Assembly (NCBI GenBank): GCA_020137815.1
Contig: CM035362.1
Coordinates: forward strand, 2,604,001 to 2,668,000
Direction: 5' to 3'
From: Hormiphora californensis
Taxonomy: Eukaryota > Animalia > Ctenophora
DNA: 64,000 nt
This document shows positions 40,301-52,300 of the stretch, one piece after another (position 1 is the first letter of the stretch; each line of letters starts with the position of its first letter). Made by a program: the position numbers and the translations under genes. The notes under the pieces are model-generated. The model made no database searches. It was not told the origin of the DNA and was given only the letters and a program-made list of their open reading frames with translations.

Positions 40301-43300
40301 GTCCTATTTGTCTGATCTGCCAGGCATCGCGCTGACGAGTGATTGTCGGTTTATTTTTGATCCCCCGCTGTAACTCATTGATCTACCGAAGCCTCACAGC
40401 GGTGTGTGCGGCAGTGCACACGCTGTACCTAGACCATTTTATCTTGAACTATTAAATTGTTGACACTCCACCCCGTTTTCCTGTTAGTGTCACCCTACCC
40501 CGGCTAAAAACTTCTGAAACCTATCAAGATAATCAGATCTAGTGACCGGCTCATCTCGGATATCATCAGACCCAATTAGTAATCTTTTCCGCGGTCCTAC
40601 TCAAAGGAGTGATTGGAATGTGTGATAATTGGTTATATCTGGACCTCTAGCTGTCCAATTAGAGAACCTTTCCTACCAATGAGGGAGCTCGAGAGGGGGG
40701 TCTAACGCGTTATGATCACGTGATCAGTACAGGGTGGTATTTGAATCTCGAGCTCTCCTGGTTTCATCATCATTCTCAGCGTTCTCAGTCTTCTAAGCCG
40801 TACTTCTAACGTCTTGTGATAAGTACACTTATGTCTGTAGAATCTTTGTGATGATCAGTTCTTGTATCTAGCTTTGTAGTTCCATGTCATATTATAGGAT
40901 GGCACATGTCACTTTTATATGTACTTATGTAATGATTATTATGGCATGTCATGTTGTTTTTGAACAGTTGGTGGAGGAACCCTATTCATAATGTCCGACC
41001 CTTTTCGAGCATCCTACCATCTTTCTGAGCTAATCGTGGCAACTGAATCAACCAAGATAACTCTTCAACGCCCAAAAAGCAGCTCATTCACTCAGCTATT
41101 TAGTTTTTTAATTTCCCTGATTTCAAATCCCATGATCAGTATAATTTACAATTTCACAACCCACCCCCTCCTCCCCCGTGTCCCCGTGTCCTCAACAACT
41201 CTTCCCCAGATCTACGTTTGATGCCCTCACCCCTCCTCCCCCTCCCCCTCCTCCCGTGTCCCCGTGTCCTCAGCAACTCTCCCTCAGATCTACGTTTGAT
41301 GCCCTCACCCTGAACACTGTATCAATGGAGGTGCTGCTAGCTAGCAAGAGGATATCTACCCTAACCAAGACTGTTCAGATGGATCTAACGGCCCTACAAC
41401 GGTCTAACAAGACTCACTACCTAAAGGTATGTATGGCATGATGCTATCATTTCTTTCTCCTAGCTTCTACCCCAAAACCAATATCCCTATATCCCTACCT
41501 GCAACTAAATCCCAACAATCCCTACCTGCCTGCAGGGTCTGATGTGTGGGAAGGAGGAGACACCTACTACCCCTAACATGGAATCTGATATAGAATCCAG
41601 AACATTTGATGTCAAGTTGGGAATGTTGGTGAAATTAAAGAAGGCCAAGTTTGTTTTCTCTCCTGATACCCCTCCAGTGAGGAGGATCATCAAAAAGGTA
41701 TAGTTAATTAATTAAGGGAACTATCTAAAACCTTGAACTAGTACCACGACCTGTGGGAAATTCAGATCTTGTCTCTCAACAACCCGCCGGGCTAAGATCA
41801 TTGAACTAGTACCACGACCTGTGGGAAATTCAGATCTCACCTCTCAACAACCCGCCGGGCTACGATCTTTGAACTAGTACCACGACCTGTGGGAAATTCA
41901 GATCTCACCTCTCAACAACCAACCGGGCTACGATCTTTGAACTAGTACCACGACCTGTGGGAAATTCAGATATCGTCTCTCAAGAACCCACCCGGACTAC
42001 GAGCTTTGAACTAGTACCACGACCTGTGGGAAATTCAGATCTCATCTCTCAAGAACCCACCGTGCTACGATCTTTGAACTAGTACCACGACCTGTGGGAA
42101 ATTCAGATCTCATCTCTCAACAACCCACCGTGCTACGATCTTTGAACTAGTACCACGACCTGTGGGAAATTCATATCTCGTCTCTCAACAACCCACCGGG
42201 CTACGATCTTTGAACTAGTACCACGACCTGTGGGAAATTCAAATTTTTACCGATCCTGGGGTTCGGGGGGAGGGGGGTCTCACTCACATGTTCCTTTATC
42301 CAGATGAACAGGACCTTTGAAGAGGCAGTGAGGTTGAGAGAGATATCAACAGTGTGGATTCAGGAGAATTCACCCGCTTTAAAGGAATGCATCAGCCATC
42401 TTCAACCTTCAGTCACTCTTCTACAGGTATAGACTTTAGCTTCCCATCGTCGGTAGCCCTATTCATTAATACTGCTTTTGCTCCCCCGAGAATTTACCAC
42501 GCGTCTCATAACCGCTCATGAGTTGGCTCTAGTTCCCCTGTCCCGGGTCCCCTAACCTTTCTCCCCCCCCCCAGTTAGCAGGTGATATAGCAACCTGTAG
42601 CTCCTACAACCCCCACACTACCCCCCCCCCCAGTTAGCGGGTGAGATAGCAACATGTAGCTCCTACAACCCCCATACTATCCCTGCTGTTATGAAGGACT
42701 GGTTCGACCACGCAGTATCACAACAGAAAACCCTGGAGAACCTACTGAAAGTTGTGGAGGCATTCGATAGTAGCAGTTCTACCAATTGTAAGTGTGGTTT
42801 AACCCAAACATCATTATTGTTTTACCTCGCTTTTTGAAAGCTTGAATCCTCATAAATTGCTCGACCACTCGTAGGAGCTAGCACAAAAATGCAGAATTAC
42901 ACTAAATCGGTGTAGTTCTGCATTTTTGTGTTTTAGTACCTCCAAATTACAAACAATAACTCCCTCAACCAAGCTCGCAGCTTGCAGCATTGTCAAGTGA
43001 ATGCCAACTCCCTAATACCCAGTACCCCCTCAGATACCAACTCCCTAATACCCAGTACCCCCTCAGATACCCCCAACTCCCTAATACCCATTATACCCCC
43101 TCAGATACCCAGTTATTGCAGTTACACCCCATTCTACAGACTAGGATCACTAGAGAAAAGTTACTGGAGGGAATAGATCAGGTCAGTGAGATATATCGCA
43201 CAATCAGAGATTCAAAACGGGGTTTGGCGAGTTGCCAGATAGCATTTTACTGAGCATTTTAGTTTTACACAGAACGTAATGAACACTGGCAAGCACCACA

Positions 43301-46300
43301 TTGATCTAAACCAGGAACCGACCGAATCAGGAAATACTGGTCCCTGATTGGCTGATATCCAGTCACGTGGCCTAAATAACGAGTTCTGATTGGTTGTTTA
43401 CTTGTGTCGATCGGTTCCTGATCCTAATATATCATCTCCCAGGTGTCTTCCTTTCTTCAAGCCTACCTGGACGCTACAGATGATGTTGATTTTGATCTGT
43501 TTATACCCGCTGCAAACGCCTCAGAACTAGTAAAGGTAGAAATTCTTATTATAATTGCTCTCCTTGCAAGCGATTGTAACCGAAGCTGTTCCCTGTTCCC
43601 TGTCCCATACTGGCAGCTCATACCTCATGTTATGTAATATTCTCCTCCCCATGTCTCTACTCTGGCCCAAATGTAACACTCCCCTCCCTATTCAGTTTGT
43701 CAAGACAACAGATGAGCTTGTTTGGGCAGGGATAGTGTTTACTAATGTTAATGACACCATGCCATCCCGAGTGGAGTACACCCTCCGGATGAACGGACAA
43801 GTAAGTGGGGGTCCATCTCCCTGACCTCTCAATAGTAAAGGTATCCCTTGGTTACAACTCAGGAACCGACCAGGGAATACTGGTCCCTGATTGGCTGACA
43901 ACCAGTCACGTGACCTAAATAACGAGTTCTGATTGGTAGTTACTTGTTAATGTTTCGGTCGGTTCCTGTTACAACATTTTCCACTTTCCATACCTCCCTC
44001 TCTGATAAAGCTCTATTCATCTCCTTATAGGTGAAGGTGGGGACAGGAGAGGTAACTCTAGAACGGTTCTGGTCCCCCAACCCAATGAACGGATTCTCGC
44101 ACCGTCGATACGAGTGGAGTGGGTTCGCGTTTATACAGGTACCAAACATACAGATCACACACCACATGGCGTGACATGAGAGATCTTACAGATCCCTATA
44201 GCTGAATCTTTAGCTCAGCTCAGCAGTATACTGTCTCTGTTACCTGATTTTCACAAAAAACACCTACTGCTACTACCTAAACCGCAGATCGTATATCATC
44301 TTAGAATAGATCCCTATATAACAGCTATTCTGAATCTCAGTAGTAGACCACTTCAGGAATCAGGATCCGTTTGTTTGATGCTCTTGATTTTCACAACAAC
44401 ACTCCTACTCAGGACATCACAGATAGGGCCATTATAGCCCTGCAACAAGAACAGATAGGTGGAGGTGGGGAGCAGCAGCAGCTACCTGGATCATATGTCC
44501 AGGAGATACCTTACCCCTGTCATTGCTGGGATACGTGAGTAGTTAATTCCTGGGATAAGTGAGTAGTTAATTCCTGGGATAAGTGAGTAGTTAATTCCTG
44601 GGATAAGTGAGTAGTTAATTCCTGGGTTAAGTGAGTAGTTAATTCCTGGGATAAGTGAGTAGTTAATTCCTGGGATAAGTGAGTAGTTAATTCCTGGGAT
44701 AAGTGAGTAGTTAATTCCTGGGATACGTGAGTAGTTAATTCCTGGGATAAGTGAGTAGTTAATTCCTGGGATACGTGAGTAGTTAATTCCTGGGATAAGT
44801 GAGTAGTTAATTCCTGGGATACGTGAGTAGTTAATTCCTGGGATAAGTGAGTAGTTAATTCCTGGGATAAGTGAGTAGTTAATTCCTGGGATAAGTGAGT
44901 AGTTAATTCCTGGGATACGTGAGTAATCCCGGGACCACACGTTTACGAAATAACCATTTTTGTGGCACCTGCTACAGGCCATCCAGTATATGATATTCCG
45001 AGTTTTCCAAATATTCCTACCAAACACATCTCCAATTTCCCCAAAACTCCCAAATTCCAAAACTCCCACAATACCCTCAGGTTTCTGAGTCACAGTGTGA
45101 TAGTGCTACCCATGTCCCTGTGTATTAGTTTCGTGTACAGTGTGTGTGTTATTGTAAGGAATGTAGTTTACGAGAAGGAGACAAGGGTCAAAGAAGCAAT
45201 GCAACAGGTACACCAATTACCTTACTCTCGTTTTTTAAGAAACGCTTTAGTAAGAAACTTTTTTATAAGAAACTTTTCAAATGTAAATCACACAATTCAG
45301 AGACACCACAACAAAATAAAACACCCCTAACTTTTTTAGTTTCTTAATAAAGGAGAAATTCTTTTTGTTTTTGGATTGCTTACACCTGTAGTTTCCTAGA
45401 AAAAAAGTTTCTTGTTTAAAAGTTTCTTGAAATATGCGAGCTTAATTAACAAGAGTAAGGTAGTTCTTTAACCTCGAGTTATTAAACGCAATTCAATTTC
45501 TCCTCCGCTTTCCCTAAATGAAGAACTGAACTATCCAAACTCCGGTGTTCAAAACCAACACCTCTCTCTCTCCAGATGGGACTGAGTAACAGTGTTCACA
45601 GTCCCTCTCCCCCCTTACTAACAACTACCACCCCACACTAACACACCTCCCTCCCTCTCTCTCCAGATGGGACTGAGTAACAGTGTTCACTGGGCGTCCT
45701 GGTTCATCACCAGCATGCTACAAATGACTGTCACTACATCCCTTCTTACCATCATGCTCTATTATGGTATGTGAATCTTATTCCCTGTATTTCTTGATCT
45801 GTTGAACCCATACAGAGCTGTTGTGTGGGCTACATAATGTATTCCCCGCGTGATTTCTCCCCTACCCAACCCGCCACTTCGACCCCGATTGCCGTTCTCA
45901 CTCCCCTCCCCACAGGTAAGATCCTGACCCACAGTGATCCCTTTCTGTTATGGTTATTCCTGGAGGTGAGCTCCCTTGCAACAGTCAGCTTCTGTTTCCT
46001 TCTCTCTGTCTTCTTCAGGTTTGTCAGCTTCTGTTTCCCTCTCTCTGTCTTCTTCAGGTTTGTAGAATGCCCCCAACCCCCCAGCCTTCTAAATCTAAGT
46101 TTCCTATGCCGTTATTCAACCTTAAAACTACACATATTCCCCCTTGCCTTGTTCGACCCTCCTTCCCCGTTTGAACAAAACAAATCTCCCGCATGTAGTG
46201 AGGCGAAGTTGGCAGCGGCTGGATCAGGTTTAATCTACATAATCACCTACCTACCCTACACCCTCATATCTCAGAGTGATGGAATAGTTGTCAGCTTCAC

Positions 46301-49300
46301 TGCCAAATCTATTGTGGTACGTTAACACATGATGTTCACCCAGAATGTTTTGTCTCTCAAGACCTCTCTCTCTCACTACAAATCCTTTAGAGTTTTGCTA
46401 GTACCTCTCTCTCACTACAAATCCTTTAGAGTTTTGCTAGTACTTCAGCGACTGCCCTTGGAATTGAGTACTTCATACGGTTTGAAGAGCTGGGAGTGGG
46501 AGTACATTGGAACAACCTGTCACAAGGAGTGGTGAGTGGACATTGTTAAACATATTCTCTAGGATTTATTTTACATCATGTTTTCCACATTTCACCTCCC
46601 AAAAAACCTCTCCATCCTTCCCTCACCTCATTTCCCATCCTTCCCTCACCTCATTTCCCATCCTTCCCTCACCTCATTTCCCATCCTTCCCTCACCTCAT
46701 TTCCCATCCTTCCCTCACCTCCCCATCCTTCCCTCACCTCCCCATCCCACAGTTTCCTATGGACGACTACAACATGTTACGGTGTATCTGTACCCTGCTG
46801 GGAGATGCCCTTCTCTACTTTCTACTGGCCCTCTACATTGAGGGAGTCTGGCCTGGCATGTGAGTACTGCAGGGGGGGGGGGTTACTATGGTGACAATGA
46901 GGGAGTAGAGGGTGTTTTAGGAAGGGGGTTACCATGGTGACAATGAGGGAGTACAGGGTGTTTTGAAACAGGTGGTTTTGAAATTAAGGTTCCGCTAAAA
47001 CCAGTGAAGTGACTCACTCACTCACTCACTGAGCTCTGACCCATCACTAACTCTCTCACTCTCTCTGTCTGCAGGTATGGTGTCCCCAAGCCCTGGTATT
47101 TCCCTATCAAGTTTATGTTCTGGTGCCGACACCCTGCTCCCTCTAAAAACAGATATCTCTCCTACACCGACAATGAGATGCACGGTATGTTCTAACACCT
47201 GGCTTAGTGTGAGACATTAGGGCACGGTATGGTATGTATTGTGTTGTTCTAACCTTGTTCGACCCTCTCTTCGATCTCTCGTGTGTCCTAAATGCTAGCT
47301 GTTCATGGAGTACTCGTCAAACTTCACTATCTTGGCATGCATCTGAACCCGTACGCACCCTCTCCCCAGTCCGCTTCTAACCCCCTCTACCCAGCCCGCT
47401 TCTAACCCCATATCCCCAGTCCGCTTCTAACCCCCTCTACCCAGCCCGCTTCTAACCCCATATCCCCAGTCCGCTTCTAACCCCCTCTACCCAGCCCGCT
47501 TCTAACCCCATATCCCCAGTCCGCTTCTAACCCTCTCCCCAGCCCGCTTCTAACCCCATATCCCTGCAGCCCGTGATGCTGATGTAGAGCCAGTACCAGA
47601 GCACCTTACAGCCGGGGTGTCCATCTCCCAACTAGCCAAGAAGTACAGGGGCATGTCTAACTATGCTCTTTCTGGATTATCTCTGGAGTTATACGAGAAC
47701 CAGGTAACTCGATGTAGCTGTTATGAACCGACCGAATCAGGAAATAATGGTCCCCGATTGGCTGATAACCAGCCACGTGACCTAAACAACGAGTTTTGAT
47801 TGGTTGTTTGCTTGATTCGGTCGGTTGCTGGTTCTCTCCGATTTCCTTGTCCTTCAATATCCTCATTCATTTTCTCGCATCTTATTATCGGCCTACATGG
47901 ATTCCCTCATTACCATCTCCCATTCAGATTCTTACCTTTCTGGGCCATAATGGAGCGGGAAAGACTACGACTATGAGTATTCTCAGTGGTCTCTACCCTC
48001 CCAGTTCAGGGACCGCTACCATATATGGGAAGGACATCAAAAAGGACATGAGACTGGTAGGAGAGATACAAATTGAGGCGAGATTTATTGGCACTGGAGA
48101 TTTACAATTAACTGTTCAAATCAGAATATTTAACGTGATCTCTCTCACTCAGATCCGTCAAGATCTAGGAGTTTGTCCTCAATTCAATGTGCTGTTAGAC
48201 CATCTCACTGTGGAGGAGCACTTGTGGTTCTTTGCCAGCCTCAAAGGTATATATTGGGGAAATACTGGTCCCTGATTGGCTGATAACCAGTCACGTGACG
48301 TAAATAAAGAGTTCTGATTGGTTGTTTACTTGTGTCTGTCGGTTCCTGTATATTGGGGCCGGGGAGAGGATTGGGGTTAAATGGGGTATTGGGGTTAAAT
48401 ACAGGGGTATCTTATAGAAAATGGGAGAAACTTGGATCTCTAAATACTCCTGAAATGGTATCCGGGCTGGGTTGGGAAGGGGTTGAGGTTACATTCTCCC
48501 CTACACAGGTACACCACCTAATAAGATACTGGAAGAGGTGGAGACCTTTCTGAGAAGCGTGGGACTTGTTGAAAAAGGAAATCTGCAGGTTCACCAACTC
48601 TCCGGTATGTAGGGGCATAAAAACAATATAGGGGTATCTTTAGGAGTTCCAGAATATTACTAATACTCCTTGTCCCCATGCCACTCCTTTATTTTCTAAA
48701 CCCTCTAAAACCATGTAGTTCTAACCACTCTCCTTCACTTCAGGTGGTATGAAAAGGAAGTTGTGTGTGGCTATGGCATTTGTTGGTGGATCTCGAGTTG
48801 TTATATTGGATGAACCCACTGCTGGGGTAAGAACTGGACTAAGAACTAACTTCCTTGATTAATCGAATTAAATTACTAAGTTACTTTTGTTGATCAAATT
48901 CCTATAATCAGTTGCCATGACAACCGGAAGTTGAGCGTTTCAGATTCTAAAATTTAGTTTATTCAACTTCCTGCTGTACAATATTCCTCCCTGCTATAAC
49001 AGGTTGACCCATGGTCTAGGAGAAGTATCTGGGAGTTAGTTCTGACCCACAAACAGGACCGGACCATCCTCCTCTCTACACATCATATGGACGAGGCAGA
49101 CCTGTTGGGGGATAGAGTTGCTATCATTTCACGAGGTTCGTTGTAAACATAACAGGTACAGGTACAGGTATAAATCTTCTCTTTTCTCAAGGGTTCAATC
49201 ATTGGGCCGGGAAGCGACTGCAAAAACCCCATCTCCCCCATTTGCCTCACCATGTTTCATCTCAGGAAAGTTGTTGTGCTGCGGATCACCACTTTATCTT

Positions 49301-52300
49301 AAGGCTCGCTTTGGACCTGGATACTACTTGAACATCGAAAAGGAATCGGGTATACTGTTCATTCATGATAGCTTCAATACTCCGTTCAAGATCTTCTTTT
49401 TAATTTTCCTTCCCCATTAATCAGTTTCACCCTATTTAGTGCCCCCTCTAAATACCCTCTCCCTCCCAGTTTACTCAAGTGCCCCCCTGAACCCTCTAAA
49501 TACCCTCTCCCTCCCAGTTTACTCAAGTGCTCCCTCCCTCTAACCCCTCACCCTCCCAGTTTATTCCAGTGCCCCCTCTAAACAGCACCTCCCTCCCAGT
49601 TTACTCCAGTGCCCCCTCTTCCTCTTCCGGTGGTGGCTCTGAGCACTCTACATCTCTCCTAGAGGATAGTGGGTTCATAGGGAACACTACTATTGGGGAT
49701 CTGGATGGGAGTATGATGCTTCAGAAACACAGTGTTGCATTCGATCAGATACAGACTACCAGGTAGGATTCAGGAAATACTGGTCCCTGATTGGCTGATA
49801 ACCAGTCACGTGACCTAAATAACGAGTTCTGATTGGTTGTTTACTTGTGTCGGTCGGTTCCTAGTATGCTACAGAAACACAGTGTTGCTTTCGATCAGAT
49901 ACAGACTACCAGGTAGGATTCAAGCAGTGTCTTGAATAGCTTCATAAACTAGTGTTATACAAGGTGTACAAATTATCTCAGATAATTGTCCGATTACATT
50001 ACTATCAGATGACACAAAACAAAAGTACCCACCATAGGAGTAACTAACTCGCCCTATTTAGGTTGATCCAGAGTTACGTACCCCGAGCTACGATCCACTT
50101 CAATACCGACCTAGAGATCTCTTACCTGCTACCTTGGGAGGCCTTTCAAAAGGGTAGGAACTCTGGAACTGGGTGTTTCACTTAGTAACCATCTCACCAG
50201 CTAAATCTTCATTGAAATAGAATTCGGAACTCTAAACTTGATCACTATAACATCCCCAGACAAACCTCATAATCCAAGGCATAAACTAACCATCTCCTCA
50301 TCTCCACAGGCGTGTTCCCGGATCTGTTCAAGTCACTAGATGAGGGAAAGGGAGATCTGGGTATCAAGTGCTATGGTGTCATGGACAGCACCCTTGAAGA
50401 GGTTGGTGTGAGTGTCAGTGTGTCTCTAATGTCCCTCATGTTAGGGATTTGGACTACCCGTATTTCAGTTTGTACCTGATGTTCATTACAACTCCAATAC
50501 CCCCTGATCCCCTTCTTCATGCAGAACTCCAATAGCATTCCAATCCCCCTCCCCAGGTATTTCTGAATGTGTCTGAGGGAGCTAACACTGCCGATGAGAA
50601 GAAGGAGGTGGATGGGTCAACCACAAACCTACTCGGTGCTACTAAACAGGATCAGGATGACATCATCGATATGCCAGGTGAGAGAGCAACCCCCTGAGAT
50701 TCATGAGACAAATCAGTTGGCGATTTATGAGTTTTAGTAACTTGATGACTGTGGAACATTAATACAGAATTTTGCTATTTTCGCTACCCCTCCCCCAGAA
50801 ATTCCCGCCCATTTACCCCCCCCCCCCTCAGATTTGGACTATGCCGGTTCGGGTGATACAGGTGTGCCCCTATCTAAACAAGAAATACCACCTTCCAGTA
50901 ACTGCAGACAAATACAGGCACAACTCGCCAAGAGGTAAAGTGCAGTTGGTTATGTCCCAGTTGCAAGAGGTAATAAGGGTCTACTTTTGATTTACCGGAG
51001 CTCTAGCACGATTTACCGTCCTAGATTTTATGCTCACCTTAACCCCCTTGGCCTCTCTTGGTAGTACCCACCTGTAACCAATCTCCTGCTCTAGGATCCA
51101 CCATACCCGCCGTGATTTCTGGGGTCTATTCTTCCAGCTGGTCCTACCTGCCATCTTTGTATCTCTAGCCATGTTGATCTCCGTAGCACGACCTCACATT
51201 GACTCAGGTATTTTCCTCAGCATTGGTAGGGGCTGGGTAGTACCCAGTGGGTAGTGGGTATAGTATCACCAGCAACTAGATTTGTTCCACCGTGAGAAGC
51301 ATGATATCTTCTCTAGTCCAATATTTATATTTGTGGGCGCAGAGGGAGAGGGTCGAACAGGGTAATTATCTTCCAGGTAAAAGTCTGGAGCTGACTGTGG
51401 ACATGTTCAAACACCCGTACTACGTTCCCTTTGCTGATAATAACACACACGGAGCTGGAAGGCTGGCTGAGTTAGTAGGATACCCTGCTGGACCATGGAG
51501 TCCACCTATAGGTGAGTGATTTGGAGAATAATGAAGGATAACAGTGTGTCTCTTGTAATTAGAGAATTCGTATTCTAATTACATTACCGACTATGTTCCC
51601 TACCCAGATGATGAAGTGTTAATGTTGAGGAACTTTACGGCCCCCAAACACACTCCCACCCTCCCATTCCCCTGGACACACTACTGGAACAGTCCCCTGG
51701 GTAAGTTTGTGTGACGTCATGATGAGACATGAGACAATGCTTGGCTGGAGAACATTCCCGAACATATCAAAATCTAATTCCTGTTTCCCTGAAACTATGA
51801 AACGGCTGTTTTGGAGTTGATAGTCATGTGTGAAAAGTCTCAATTCATGCTATCTTGGTATGGACCCCCTGGAGAAAGCTGTTTTTCACTTTAGTAGCTG
51901 TTCTAACCATCTCCCATTCAGACGGTTGTGGTAACCACGAGTACCCCGAGATACCGGCAATGTTAGAATTCACCGCTCTATCTGGGTACAAACTACAGAA
52001 CCTGACTGGGTGGAATCTGGAACGGTTCTTATTGCACACCAATCATCGCTACATCTTCCAGAGGTACTGGGTGAAGTATGGTGGAGATTGGGGATGTGAA
52101 GTGTTATTATAGTGAAGTTGTTAGATAGTGTTCTGTGTAGTGTTTGGTTGCCAAGCTAGACTGCGATGTAAAGGGAGGGTTAGAACATAACAAGTGTTTG
52201 GGAGATGCTGCGCGGCGAAGGAATCTTGTTTTCAAGTGTTCAATTTAAGAGGTAGGGGCGGGGGTAACACCACCACCACAACCACCCCCAGGTATGGAGC

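Noticed and set aside
41733-42242. CRISPR-like repeat-spacer appearance
   Set aside because: The apparent spacers are near-identical to each other; it is a eukaryotic intronic minisatellite with no cas genes.
44491-45093. 200-aa minus-strand ORF (YSLIPGIN)n
   Set aside because: It is the antisense reading of the 24-bp donor array.
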